Source: Eubacteriales bacterium (GTDB taxonomy: Bacteria; Bacillota; Clostridia; Oscillospirales; CAG-272). Taken from it: 64,000 nucleotides of DNA. This document shows, one piece after another, positions 10,273-20,208 of this stretch. The notes below the pieces were generated by a model. That model made no database searches, had not been told where the DNA came from, and saw only the letters and a list, made by a program, of their open reading frames with translations. A program made the position numbers and the translations under genes. Numbering within the stretch: the stretch's first letter is position 1; every line of letters begins with the position of its first letter. Location of the stretch: assembly GCA_045605175.1 (NCBI GenBank), contig JAZUPL010000095.1, positions 5,509 to 69,508 on the forward strand, read 5' to 3'.

Positions 10273-10474
10273 TCTTGCCGAGTTTGACGAAAATAAACGG
10301 CCACGCCAAAAATCTTTGATTATCCCTTTTACAATAGAGCGCCATAGACACAGGTTGACTGTCCTTCGTGGTGTTGTATTACAGGTTTAGCCCTCATTTA
10401 AGTTTGAATTTCGGGTAAAAAATAAAAAAAGAGCAGGACAAAATAAAAAAAATGATAAAATATTATAAAAGGTA

Positions 10475-10503
10475 TTGCATTTTTGCTTTCTTTATGGTAA
10501 AAT
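10475..10503 (+). promoter_or_regulatory. Sigma-A-type promoter for secG
   Basis: TTGCAT (10475-10480), 17-nt spacer, TGgTAAAAT extended -10 (hexamer 10498-10503). Confidence 0.5.
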
Positions 10504-10566
10504 ATCCGTACGATTTATAAGTATGCCTAAATTGGCGTGCGTTTTTATAGTGAAAGGAATATTATA

Positions 10567-10866
10567 ATGGAATTCGTTCTTTTGGCAGTGTTGCTGCTTG
10601 CTGCTATTTTTATTATAGTTGCTGTTATTTTCCAGAAGTCCAGTGACGAGGGTCTTTCCGGTGCTATCGCAGGCGGAAACGAGACCTATTACGGTAAGGA
10701 AAAGTCCGGTGGCAGAGATAAGATGTGGTTCAAGTGGACTCTTATTGCTTCTATCGTATTTGCAGTAGCGGTTATCGTTGCTTATGTTATTCAGCCCGAT
10801 TACACCTACGGCTTTGATATCGACTATTGGCAGAGCCTTAGCAGTTACTCCGAACTCTTCAAATAA
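10567..10866 (+). CDS. secG: Preprotein translocase subunit SecG
   Basis: Small two-TM protein with the Gly-rich loop LSGAIAGG between helices. It sits directly upstream of rnr, as in Firmicutes. Start chosen at ATG 10567. Confidence 0.72.
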   Translation: MEFVLLAVLLLAAIFIIVAVIFQKSSDEGLSGAIAGGNETYYGKEKSGGRDKMWFKWTLIASIVFAVAVIVAYVIQPDYTYGFDIDYWQSLSSYSELFK

Positions 10867-10873
10867 GATCAAA

Positions 10874-10899
10874 ACCGAAGGCCACTCCTTCGGTTTTTC
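10874..10899 (+). terminator. Intrinsic terminator after secG
   Basis: Stem ACCGAAGG/CCTTCGGT followed by TTTTT. Confidence 0.7.
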
Positions 10900-11012
10900 T
10901 TTTTGTGTTTTTGACATAATAGCGCGCGTGTGAGGAAAACTTATGCTAAGGACGGTTTGGTTTTTGGGTTAAAGCAAGACTGCCTGATAATTCTATATAA
11001 AGAAAAAGAATA

Positions 11013-13049
11013 ATGAAAAGAAGTAAAAGAACAAACAAAAGTTTAAGAAAATTTATTACTCGTGACCGTATTCGCTCACGGGACGGACTCTACCGCGGAC
11101 AAACTAAATCTATTGGCGAATGGCAGACGGCAAGGGGCGAGTTCTGTGGCTCTCGCTCGGGCTTTGGCTTTGTCAAGGCCGAGGGGGTAGAGGAGGATAT
11201 ATTTATTGGCGAAGATAAGACACTCGGTGCTATTCACGGCGACGAGGTGGAGGTTCGCTACCGTGAGTACACGGGACGCTCTGGAGAGAAAAAGACCGAG
11301 GGGCGTGTCACGAAAATAATGGGCGCAAAAGAGAGGACGATAATAGGTACGCTTTGCTACGAACCGTCCTACAAGCGTGGCAGACGCAGAATGCCCGCCT
11401 ATTGGTATGTGGTGGCAGACGATGCCCGTATCGGAATAAGACCTGTGGTCGAGGACCCTCTTGACGGATGCGAGGGCGACAAAGTGCTGGTACTCTTAAA
11501 ACATAACGGAAACCCTATGTTTCCCGAGTGCAGAATAGTTGCAAACTTCGGCGATTCTATGTCCAAGGAGGCAAACTACGATGCGGTGCTCGTCGAGTGC
11601 GGCATACCTGTTGAGTTTTCAGAAAATGAACTCGCCGAGGCAGAGCGTGTGGCAAAAAGAGAGGTTAGCACCGAGGGTAGAGTGGACTTTACAAAGGACA
11701 CCGTATTTACCATTGACGGCGAGGGCGCAAAGGACCTTGACGATGCAGTGAGCATTAGAAAATGTGACACGGGGTGGCGTTTATACGTCCATATTGCCGA
11801 CGTTAGCAGTTACGTGGGCGAAAAAACCGCCCTCGACAGGGCGGTAATGTCCAGGGGCACAAGCGTATATTTTACCGACAAGGTTGTACCTATGCTTCCC
11901 CAGTCCCTATCAAACGGTGCGTGCTCATTAAATGCGGGCGAGCCTAAATATACCCTTACTGCTATAATGACTTTGAGCGCCGAGGGCGAAATACTCAAAA
12001 CCGAGGTTGTAAAGTCGGTGATTTGCAGCAAGGTACGTGGAGTCTATTCCGAGGTTAATTCGCTCTTTTCTAAAACCGCAAGCAAGGAAATAAGAGAAAA
12101 ATACAAACCCGTATCCTATGCCCTTTCTAATATGTATAAACTATACGAGGTGCTTGCCAAAAAATCGGCAAAGCGTGGCGCTATGGATTTAGACATCCCC
12201 GAGGCAGAGATAATTCTTGACGGGGACGGAAATCCTGTCGATATACAAAAGCGAGAGCGGGGCATTGGCGAGAGAATGATAGAGCAGTTTATGCTTACCG
12301 CCAACGAGGGGGTTGCAAGACTCCTTACCGAAAAGGGAATACCCTGTGTATATAGAGTCCACGCGTCACCGACGGTAGAGCGCATGGTTGATTTAGTCGG
12401 GTATCTATACAACCTCGGTCTTGACACGAGAGGGATAGACTGCGAGAATGTCACCACAGGACAACTTTCTTCCATACTTGAAGAGGCAGAGGAAAAGGGG
12501 CTTGGCTATCCTGTTTCCTATTCGGTGCTTCGCTCTATGGCAAAGGCGGAGTATTCCGAGGTTCTTTCCTCTCATTTTGGTCTTGGACTTAAAACCTATT
12601 GCCATTTCACCTCGCCCATAAGACGCCTCTCCGACCTTGCAACTCACCGAATTATACACAAGGTGCTTTTTGAGGGGCGCGCGGCAAAGTCTATGTCGGG
12701 CTATGCAAAGAGGGCGGCGAGGGCGGCAACCGAGTGCGAACTTCGAGCCCTTACCGCAGAGCGAAAAATTACCGATCTTTACAAGGTGATATATATGTCG
12801 GAGCATGTCGGTGAGGAGTTTGATGCTACGGTTACTTCTATAACCTCCTTCGGTATGTTTGTCGAGCCCGAGAACACCTGCGAGGGGCTTATCCCCATTT
12901 CCGAGATGCCGGGGTATTTCATCTTTGACGAGAAGAACCTGACTATGCGAGATGGTAGTGAAATATACCACCTTGGCGACTCTGTCAGGGTGCGTCTTGA
13001 GGAGGCGGATATTACTCGTCTGAAACTTCGCTACGCGCTTTTGCTTTGA
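11013..13049 (+). CDS. rnr: Ribonuclease R (RNB exoribonuclease with C-terminal S1 domain)
   Basis: RNB catalytic motif GAKDLDDAVS and a C-terminal S1-like segment (FDATVTSITSFGMFVEPE). 678 aa. Confidence 0.9.
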   Translation: MKRSKRTNKSLRKFITRDRIRSRDGLYRGQTKSIGEWQTARGEFCGSRSGFGFVKAEGVEEDIFIGEDKTLGAIHGDEVEVRYREYTGRSGEKKTEGRVTKIMGAKERTIIGTLCYEPSYKRGRRRMPAYWYVVADDARIGIRPVVEDPLDGCEGDKVLVLLKHNGNPMFPECRIVANFGDSMSKEANYDAVLVECGIPVEFSENELAEAERVAKREVSTEGRVDFTKDTVFTIDGEGAKDLDDAVSIRKCDTGWRLYVHIADVSSYVGEKTALDRAVMSRGTSVYFTDKVVPMLPQSLSNGACSLNAGEPKYTLTAIMTLSAEGEILKTEVVKSVICSKVRGVYSEVNSLFSKTASKEIREKYKPVSYALSNMYKLYEVLAKKSAKRGAMDLDIPEAEIILDGDGNPVDIQKRERGIGERMIEQFMLTANEGVARLLTEKGIPCVYRVHASPTVERMVDLVGYLYNLGLDTRGIDCENVTTGQLSSILEEAEEKGLGYPVSYSVLRSMAKAEYSEVLSSHFGLGLKTYCHFTSPIRRLSDLATHRIIHKVLFEGRAAKSMSGYAKRAARAATECELRALTAERKITDLYKVIYMSEHVGEEFDATVTSITSFGMFVEPENTCEGLIPISEMPGYFIFDEKNLTMRDGSEIYHLGDSVRVRLEEADITRLKLRYALLL

Positions 13050-13136
13050 TTATTGCCGTTGTTGAAAATAGATAGTCAAAACGGATAAATATTGTTTTGT
13101 TTTTAGGAAAACCCTTGTAATAAATATAAAAATTCA

Positions 13137-14042
13137 ATGATAAAACGGATTTTTTTGAGGCGAAAATATAACCTTTTGCTACAAGAGCCGTTAATATGGA
13201 AGACTAATATGAATTATCAAGTAAAAAATTACACCCTCGGTGCGATTTTCTTTGTGGTGCTGTTGTCTGCGGCATCGACCTTTGGGGGGATAGTCGGTGA
13301 GATTATTTACTATCTCGCTTTTCTCCTACCTCTGTTGTGGTGCGTATTTTGTGCAAGGAAAGCACAGGCAGAGCGAGAGCGTGTAAAGGGGGTGGCAGAG
13401 CCGCCAAGACATTTATTCTCGCTTACAAAAGAAGGGTGGATAACCACCATACTTCTTTCTATGCCTGTGGTTGCAATAGTGCTTTTGCTCTCTTATTTGA
13501 CATCGCTTTTGCTTTCGCTCTTCGGTGTGGAGGCGCCGAGTGTTGCCGACGCACCTATTCTTGTTATGTTTCTCGAACACGCAGTAGTACCATCGATTCT
13601 TGAGGAGTTGCTTTTTAGGTTTGCGCCACTTTTGTTGCTTGCACCCTATTCTCGTCGGGGCTGCATAATCATTTCAGCGGTTTATTTTGCCCTGATACAT
13701 TGTAACCTTTTCCAGATTCCCTACGCACTTATAGCAGGGGCGATATTTATTATAGTAGATCTCGCATTTGATAGTGTTTTGCCATCTCTATTTTTGCACT
13801 TTATCAATAACGTGGCGTCGGTAATAATGTTAAAATATTGTGCTACCGGTACACCGTTTGTGGTTTATCTTGTTACTATAACTGTGTTGTCCCTAATTTT
13901 TATCGCAATCCTACTGTTCAGAAGAAAAAGGATTATTTCGAATTTCGCCTTGGCTTTTGAAAAAGGCGAGGCATTTACCACAATATCCCCCGTGACACTT
14001 GCTATACTTACTATTGGAATTGCGTTATTTAATCTCTTTTAG
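13137..14042 (+). CDS. CPBP-family intramembrane glutamic endopeptidase (CAAX protease-like)
   Basis: Polytopic membrane protein carrying EELLFRFAP, FALIHC and HFINN motifs. The start could instead be ATG 13209. Confidence 0.8.
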   Translation: MIKRIFLRRKYNLLLQEPLIWKTNMNYQVKNYTLGAIFFVVLLSAASTFGGIVGEIIYYLAFLLPLLWCVFCARKAQAERERVKGVAEPPRHLFSLTKEGWITTILLSMPVVAIVLLLSYLTSLLLSLFGVEAPSVADAPILVMFLEHAVVPSILEELLFRFAPLLLLAPYSRRGCIIISAVYFALIHCNLFQIPYALIAGAIFIIVDLAFDSVLPSLFLHFINNVASVIMLKYCATGTPFVVYLVTITVLSLIFIAILLFRRKRIISNFALAFEKGEAFTTISPVTLAILTIGIALFNLF

Positions 14043-14056
14043 GAGTGGTTTTGAAA

Positions 14057-14629
14057 ATGGAGAATGATAAATTTGATAAAGACGAGGGCTTCTGTAATGA
14101 GGAAATTCTGCCTGACACACCTGATGCTACAAAAGCATTAGAAACCCTCGAACAAGCCTATTCCGATACCCACGAACTTGACGAGGACGAAAGATATATG
14201 AAAGAGGCTCTTGCGTTAGCAAGGCAGGCGGAAGCAATTGATGAGGTGCCTGTCGGGGCGGTTGTAGTTAAGGACGGGGAGATAATTGCATCTGCTTTTA
14301 ATACAAGGGAGCATACAAAATGCGCAACCCACCACGCAGAAATTCTCGCAATAGAGGGGGCGTGTAAAAAAATGGGCGGTTGGAGGCTTATAGGTGCAAC
14401 GCTTTATGTGACAATGGAGCCATGTGCTATGTGTGCCGGCGCGATAATAAATGCAAGGCTCCCCCGTGTGGTTTTCGGCGCGAGGGACAGACGGTTTGGC
14501 GCTTTTGGCTCTCTTTTGGACCTTGCCACCTTGCCTCTGAATCACACGCCCGAAATTCGCCCTGATGTGCTTGGGGAGGAGTGCAAGGAGATGTTGTCCT
14601 CTTATTTTAAGAAAAAACGCAGTAAGTGA
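14057..14629 (+). CDS. tadA: tRNA adenosine(34) deaminase
   Basis: CDA zinc motifs HAEILAIE and PCAMCAGA, with an acidic N-terminal extension of about 50 aa. AGGAG lies 11 nt upstream of ATG 14057. Confidence 0.88.
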   Translation: MENDKFDKDEGFCNEEILPDTPDATKALETLEQAYSDTHELDEDERYMKEALALARQAEAIDEVPVGAVVVKDGEIIASAFNTREHTKCATHHAEILAIEGACKKMGGWRLIGATLYVTMEPCAMCAGAIINARLPRVVFGARDRRFGAFGSLLDLATLPLNHTPEIRPDVLGEECKEMLSSYFKKKRSK

Positions 14630-14760
14630 CACCCTGTGTCGGGCTTTTCTGTTGAAATTGTTATAGTCTTTTACAAATCTGCAAACAAATATTTACATAA
14701 ATGCGTTGACTTTTGTTATGTCGGGTTGACGCATTTATTTTTCGCACTAAAATATTTATA

Positions 14761-14789
14761 TTGACAACATATCTGTTGTGTGTTAAAAT
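14761..14789 (+). promoter_or_regulatory. Near-consensus sigma-A promoter immediately upstream of rimM
   Basis: TTGACA (14761-14766), 17-nt spacer, TGtTAAAAT (hexamer 14784-14789). The rimM ATG starts 7 nt after the -10. Confidence 0.55.
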
Positions 14790-14795
14790 GGGGAT

Positions 14796-15317
14796 ATGAA
14801 AAAAGAATATCTTGAATGCGGCCGTGTCGTAAATGCACACGGTGTGCGCGGAGTATTAAAGGTTGAGTCCTGGTGCGATAGCCCAAAGGTGCTCGCCTCA
14901 AGGAAGAGGGTTTTTCTTGCCGAGAAGGACGGCGGGTTTAGAGAGATTAGAATCCTTACCTCTTCTGTGAGCGGTGCGCTCGTGCTTTTGTCACTTGAGG
15001 GAATAGAAACTCGTGAGGATGCAGTAGCGATGAAAAACACTCTGCTTTATCTTCATAGAGATGATATACCCCTGAAAAAGGGAGAGATGCTTATTGCCGA
15101 TATGATAGGTCTTTCGGTTATTGATGCAAATTCTGGCAAGGTCTATGGCGAAATTGCAAACGTGACAGATGCCCCACGAGGCAAACTCTATTATATCAAA
15201 ACTCAGGAGGGGGAGGTTATTTATCCCTCAGGAGAGCAGTTTATCAAGGAGATAGTACCCGACGAGGGAATGTATATTACCCCTATTGCGGGTTTTTTTG
15301 ACGAAGATGAGATTTGA
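14796..15317 (+). CDS. rimM: 16S rRNA processing protein RimM
   Basis: N-terminal GRVVNAHGVRGVLKVESW motif. 173 aa. Overlaps the trmD start. Confidence 0.88.
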   Translation: MKKEYLECGRVVNAHGVRGVLKVESWCDSPKVLASRKRVFLAEKDGGFREIRILTSSVSGALVLLSLEGIETREDAVAMKNTLLYLHRDDIPLKKGEMLIADMIGLSVIDANSGKVYGEIANVTDAPRGKLYYIKTQEGEVIYPSGEQFIKEIVPDEGMYITPIAGFFDEDEI

Positions 15318-16059
15318 CGTTCTTACCCTCTTTCCCGATATGGTAAGAGGTGTGCTTGACGAGAGCATAATAGGTAGAGCGCAGGAGGGTGGAATAGTAT
15401 GTATAAATTGCCACAACATCCGTGACTACTCTACAAACAAGCATCGCAAAACAGATGACACGCCCTATGGCGGCGGTAAGGGTATGGTCATGACCTGTCA
15501 GCCTATTGTTGACTGTTATCGCAGGGTGCGTGCCGAACTGCCGGAGGGGGAATCGGTGCGAGTTATTTATATGTCACCAAAGGGCAGAATATTTAACCAT
15601 CAAATCGCAAGAGAACTTTCGGAATATGATAATTTAATTTTCCTCTGTGGGCACTATGAAGGGGTAGATCAGAGGGCTATCGATCTTATCGTTGACGAGG
15701 AAATATCCATAGGCGATTATGTGTTGACCGGTGGCGAAATCCCTGCCTGTATCGTTATAGATGCGGTTAGCAGGCTTAAAGATGGAGTTCTCGCTGAGAG
15801 TGTGTGCTACGAGGACGAGTCTATTGCCTCGGGCATTTTAGAATACCCTCAATACACCAAGCCCCGTGTTTTTGAGGGGCTTGAAGTGCCACAAGTCTTG
15901 ATAGGCGGTGACCACGCAAAGATAGATAGGTGGAGGCTTGAACAGGCGGTTAATTTAACACGGGTGCGTCGTCCCGACCTATTGGCGCAACATCCCGAAT
16001 ATGAACAGATGCTCGAACCAAAACCATCTCGCAGAAGAAAAAAGAAAACAGAACAATAG
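15307..16059 (+). CDS. trmD: tRNA (guanine37-N1)-methyltransferase
   Basis: MRFDVLTLFPDM N-terminus and the YGGGKGMVM motif. ATG 15307 overlaps the rimM 3' end by 11 nt. Confidence 0.92.
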   Translation: MRFDVLTLFPDMVRGVLDESIIGRAQEGGIVCINCHNIRDYSTNKHRKTDDTPYGGGKGMVMTCQPIVDCYRRVRAELPEGESVRVIYMSPKGRIFNHQIARELSEYDNLIFLCGHYEGVDQRAIDLIVDEEISIGDYVLTGGEIPACIVIDAVSRLKDGVLAESVCYEDESIASGILEYPQYTKPRVFEGLEVPQVLIGGDHAKIDRWRLEQAVNLTRVRRPDLLAQHPEYEQMLEPKPSRRRKKKTEQ

Positions 16060-16105
16060 TAAATGACAACATATATTTACAATTTTATGAGAAGGGAGAA
16101 TGCCA

Positions 16106-17896
16106 ATGAATAAGGAAAGCCTATCTTGTCTTTTAAACGGATACGAAACCGTCAAAGACACCGGAACCGAGCGGTTTTATTGCAAGAGCATTTGTGGCTC
16201 ACCTAACAAACGCAGCAGGAGCCGTACCGCCAGACGAGTTGATAAAATGGTTGATGCTTTTGCCGATCTGATGTCCTACTCGTCCACGAGAATGTATGGT
16301 ATGTTCTGCGTTGGTTTTGGTCTTCTTTCTCTGCTTTTGCATTTCATCAAGGAATATTCAACCGATTTTGAAGTGCCGCTTTACGTTCTTTTGCTTGGTA
16401 CCTTTATTTCCATTTTGGGAGTTATCTTCCTTGTTTTTGATAAGCCTCTTTCCATAGCGTTTCAGGAGTTTAGGCTCACCGATTTTATTCTTTATGAGTT
16501 TTTCTGCATAAAAAGAATGCCTAAGAAGGATGATGTTAAGACTATACCTCCTTTCGTTGGTTTAGCAGTGGGTATCCTTCTTGCTGTAATCGGTATTTTT
16601 ATCCCTTATTACTTTGTAATAGTTACACTTGTAGCGGTGGCATTTTTTATGCTTACGATGCTCTCTACCGAGTTTGGATACTTTGCCACCATCCTCGCTA
16701 TGCCGTATCTTAGTTATATTCCTTACTCGGATGTAGTTTTTGCTCTGCTTACTCTTATAACATTGCTATCGTTTGTGCGAAAGGTTTTTATGGGAAAGCG
16801 TGTCTATGCCTTTGAGCAGTATGACCTGTTCATAGGGCTGTTTCTTATAATTGCCTTTGTATCGGGAATAATTGTAAACGGACAAGACTCGTTTTTGTCT
16901 TCGTTATTCCTTGCTGTTATGTCTTCGGGGTACGCCCTTTCGTCCTCGCTTATAACCAACCGCAGGCTTGCCGATTGTATGATGAATTCTATCATAGTTT
17001 CCTCTCTGCCTGTTACAGTAATATCCATTGTTCAGGGAATAAGCGGGCTTACCAGAGGTGAGTTTGGCGGCGTAAGCGGTAGTTTTTCAAACTCGGGCGA
17101 CCTGGCTGTATTCTTGATAGTTTCAGCAATTTTTACGCTTTACTACATTCATGTTATGAAGAATGCGGGCATGAAACTTTTGTATTCTGCCTTTTTGTTG
17201 CTTATGATTGTCGCGCTGGTATTTGTCGGCGAAATATGGGTGCTTGTAACAGGGTTACTTGCGCTTTTAGCATACGGTGCTACAAAATTGCAGAAGTTCA
17301 GCGGAATTGCTCTTGTCAGCATTTGTGCTTTACCGAGCCTTTTGATTTTCCTGCCTTTGTCATTTGTCAGTCGAATTTCTAACCTTCCTGTTATATCCTT
17401 ATTGCACCTTGAAGAATATGCAATAAGATGGCAAAACTCGCTCTCAATGATGCTTAACAACATTTTCGTTGGGATAGGCATAGGCCCTGGCTGTTTTTCA
17501 CAAAGTATAGAGAATTACGATGTGGGTGCAACATATACGGATAGTGGAAGTTTCTTCCTTGGGATAGGTCTTGAACTTGGCGTGTTTGCTCTGGTGGTAT
17601 TCTTGATTCTGTTTATTATCAGGCTTCGACATAGGTCCCGCTATGCCGCTTTTTTGAAGAGGTCGCAGGTTCGTGAGTTGTCCAAATTCTCGGCGGTGGC
17701 GCTGGTGGCTTTGATAGTGTATGGCGCTTTTAACTATCTGTGGGGGAACGCAACCGAAATATATCTGTTTTGGTGTGTTTTCGGTGTATCGAGTGCCGGT
17801 CTTCGCATTTCAAGACAAAATTATGATGATTACGTAAGTTATTACAGCGACGGAAGAAGTGACGATTCCTCGGCATTGGACGTGGAACTTGAATAA
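16106..17896 (+). CDS. Polytopic membrane protein, O-antigen-ligase/Wzy-like topology (function uncertain)
   Basis: About 595 aa with ten or more hydrophobic helices and a basic cytoplasmic N-terminus. GGGAG lies 7 nt upstream of ATG 16106 (in frame with ATG 16100). Confidence 0.65.
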   Translation: MNKESLSCLLNGYETVKDTGTERFYCKSICGSPNKRSRSRTARRVDKMVDAFADLMSYSSTRMYGMFCVGFGLLSLLLHFIKEYSTDFEVPLYVLLLGTFISILGVIFLVFDKPLSIAFQEFRLTDFILYEFFCIKRMPKKDDVKTIPPFVGLAVGILLAVIGIFIPYYFVIVTLVAVAFFMLTMLSTEFGYFATILAMPYLSYIPYSDVVFALLTLITLLSFVRKVFMGKRVYAFEQYDLFIGLFLIIAFVSGIIVNGQDSFLSSLFLAVMSSGYALSSSLITNRRLADCMMNSIIVSSLPVTVISIVQGISGLTRGEFGGVSGSFSNSGDLAVFLIVSAIFTLYYIHVMKNAGMKLLYSAFLLLMIVALVFVGEIWVLVTGLLALLAYGATKLQKFSGIALVSICALPSLLIFLPLSFVSRISNLPVISLLHLEEYAIRWQNSLSMMLNNIFVGIGIGPGCFSQSIENYDVGATYTDSGSFFLGIGLELGVFALVVFLILFIIRLRHRSRYAAFLKRSQVRELSKFSAVALVALIVYGAFNYLWGNATEIYLFWCVFGVSSAGLRISRQNYDDYVSYYSDGRSDDSSALDVELE

Positions 17897-17966
17897 GATT
17901 TAGGCATATTGCATTAAAAAAACATTAAAATATGTAAAAAATCTACTGATATTTTTTAAAAAACTA

Positions 17967-17995
17967 TTGATTTTTCAAGAACTATTTGTTATACT
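17967..17995 (+). promoter_or_regulatory. Sigma-A-type promoter for ptsH
   Basis: TTGATT (17967-17972), 17-nt spacer, TGtTATACT (hexamer 17990-17995). Confidence 0.5.
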
Positions 17996-18027
17996 ATTTA
18001 ATACATAAGCCCCGAAGGAGATATTAT

Positions 18028-18294
18028 ATGATAACTCGCAATATTACAATAAAGAATAGTGTTGGTCTGCACGCAAGACCTGCAACCTTCTTCATTCAGA
18101 AGGCAAACTCCTACAAGTGCTCTATTTGGGTAGAGAAAGAGGATTGCCGTGTAAATGCGAAGAGCCTGCTCGGAGTGTTGTCGCTTGGTATTACACAGAA
18201 CACCAATATTACCATTATCGCAGACGGTAATGATGAGGCGGATGCTATCGAGGGACTCGTTACACTCATCGACGGTGGTTTCGCTGAAGTATAA
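18028..18294 (+). CDS. ptsH: HPr phosphocarrier protein
   Basis: Active-site His context GLHARPA and regulatory Ser context KSLLGVLSLG. 88 aa from ATG 18028, which is preceded by GGAG. Confidence 0.85.
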   Translation: MITRNITIKNSVGLHARPATFFIQKANSYKCSIWVEKEDCRVNAKSLLGVLSLGITQNTNITIIADGNDEADAIEGLVTLIDGGFAEV

Positions 18295-18311
18295 TTACAT
18301 AAACTCTTTTC

Positions 18312-18341
18312 GAGCCTGATTCGTTTTGAATCAGGCTCTTT
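18312..18341 (+). terminator. Stem-loop terminator after ptsH
   Basis: 11-bp stem GAGCCTGATTC/GAATCAGGCTC followed by TTT. Confidence 0.6.
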
Positions 18342-18359
18342 GTCAAGAGAGGAGAAAAA

Positions 18360-20198
18360 ATGACAGTAATTGAGAGGCTGCGTGACAAGGCCAACTCGCT
18401 CCCCGCCTGTCCCGGTGTCTATATAATGAAAAATGCCGAAGGTGAGGTTATCTACGTCGGCAAGTCGAAAAAATTGAAAAACAGAGTAACCTCTTATTTT
18501 GTCGGTACGCCTTCAGGCTACAAAACTGCAAAAATGGTATCCTCTGTCAGGGATTTTGATTATATAGTGTGTGACACCGAGATAGAGGCCCTGTCGCTTG
18601 AAAATGTTCTAATAAAAAAGTATTCACCGAAATATAATATAAAACTCAAGGACGCAAAGTCCTACCCTTACATCAAGGTGTCGAGGGACGAGTACCCACG
18701 ATTTAGTGTGACGAGAGAGCGTAAAAGTGACAAGAGCAGGTATTATGGTCCTTATCGTGGAGCATCCGACGCCTACACCGCACTTGAAACCGTGCTTAAG
18801 ATTTTCGGTCTGCCCACCTGCAAGCGGGTATTTCCAAGAGATATAGGCAAGGATAGGCCATGTATATATCGAGATATGGGCAGGTGTATAGCCCCCTGTG
18901 CCGGCGGAGTTGACAGGGAGGAGTATCTTCGCCTTGTCAGGTGTGCCGAGTGGGTGCTGGACGGAAACGTAAAGGGGACTGTTGAGAGTCTTACCGCGCA
19001 AATGGAGTTGGCGTCCGAGAATATGGAGTTTGAGCGCGCAATAATGCTCCGTGACAGCATTCGCGCGATAGAGCGCCTGTCCGAAAAACAAAAGGTTGTC
19101 GCAGACGCAAAGGTAAACAGGGACGTGTTTGCCATATACACCTCCCCCCTCGAGAGCGTTTTAGCAGTATTGACAGTAAGAGATGGCTTGCTGGTTAAGA
19201 AAAACGAGTTTATCCTCTCGCTCGCGGAACTAACAAGTGGCGAGGACGCGCTATCCCTCATAGCCGATTATTACGACACGGGTGGGGGCATACCCCGTGA
19301 AGTAATGCTTGATTTTGAACTATCCGAGGAGGATGTCCAACTTCTCTCTGAATATCTTTCCCTGCTTGCTTCGAGGAAGGTTGCCGTTCGTATTCCCTCG
19401 CGAGGGGAGGGCAGGGCTCTTTGCGATATGGCGCTTGAAAACGCAAAGGAGGCGGCAAGACAACATCGTCTTGATGTGGATAGAGAGGACAAGAACATAG
19501 TTCGTCTGTCAGAACTTCTGGGGCTATCCGAAGCGCCAAAAAGAATAGAGGCCTATGATATTTCTAACATAGGCGACGAGAGTATAACCGCCTCTATGGT
19601 GGTGTGGCAGGACGGTAAAATGAAGAAGAGCGACTACCGCTCCTTTACTATAAAGACCACGAAGGGCAGGGACGACTACGCCTCGATGCGCGAGGTTCTT
19701 TCTCGCAGACTTGCTCATATCGGCGACGGAAGCCCCTCTTTGGGTGAGAGGCCTGACGTTATTCTGCTTGACGGTGGCATAGGACACGTGCATGCGGTAA
19801 GAGAAATCCTTGAAGAAATGGAACTGCAAATTCCGCTTTTCGGTATGGTTAAGGACGAGTTTCACAAGACACGCGCCATAACCGACGGAGATAGCGAAAT
19901 ATCCATAGCAAGAGAAATGGGTGTGTACACAATTGTTTACAATATCCAAGAGGAAGCGCACCGCTTTGCAGTAAAACACACTATGGCAAAGAAGTCGAAA
20001 AGCCTGACACGTTCTACTCTTGAAAACATAGAGGGAATAGGCCCGGCCAAGGCGAAAGCATTACTTTCCTCGATGCCACTTGGAAAAATCAAGACCGCGT
20101 CGGTAAAGGAACTTTCGGCTATAAAAGGAATTTCGGCAAAGGACGCCGAGAATATTCGTGCCTATTTCGACACAGCAAAACAAAAAGGAAAAAAATAA
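18360..20198 (+). CDS. uvrC: Excinuclease ABC subunit C
   Basis: GIY-YIG N-terminus (PGVYIMKNAEGEVIYVGKSKKLKNRVTSYF). 612 aa. C-terminal HhH-like region. Confidence 0.93.
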   Translation: MTVIERLRDKANSLPACPGVYIMKNAEGEVIYVGKSKKLKNRVTSYFVGTPSGYKTAKMVSSVRDFDYIVCDTEIEALSLENVLIKKYSPKYNIKLKDAKSYPYIKVSRDEYPRFSVTRERKSDKSRYYGPYRGASDAYTALETVLKIFGLPTCKRVFPRDIGKDRPCIYRDMGRCIAPCAGGVDREEYLRLVRCAEWVLDGNVKGTVESLTAQMELASENMEFERAIMLRDSIRAIERLSEKQKVVADAKVNRDVFAIYTSPLESVLAVLTVRDGLLVKKNEFILSLAELTSGEDALSLIADYYDTGGGIPREVMLDFELSEEDVQLLSEYLSLLASRKVAVRIPSRGEGRALCDMALENAKEAARQHRLDVDREDKNIVRLSELLGLSEAPKRIEAYDISNIGDESITASMVVWQDGKMKKSDYRSFTIKTTKGRDDYASMREVLSRRLAHIGDGSPSLGERPDVILLDGGIGHVHAVREILEEMELQIPLFGMVKDEFHKTRAITDGDSEISIAREMGVYTIVYNIQEEAHRFAVKHTMAKKSKSLTRSTLENIEGIGPAKAKALLSSMPLGKIKTASVKELSAIKGISAKDAENIRAYFDTAKQKGKK

Positions 20199-20208
20199 AG
20201 GAGTAATT

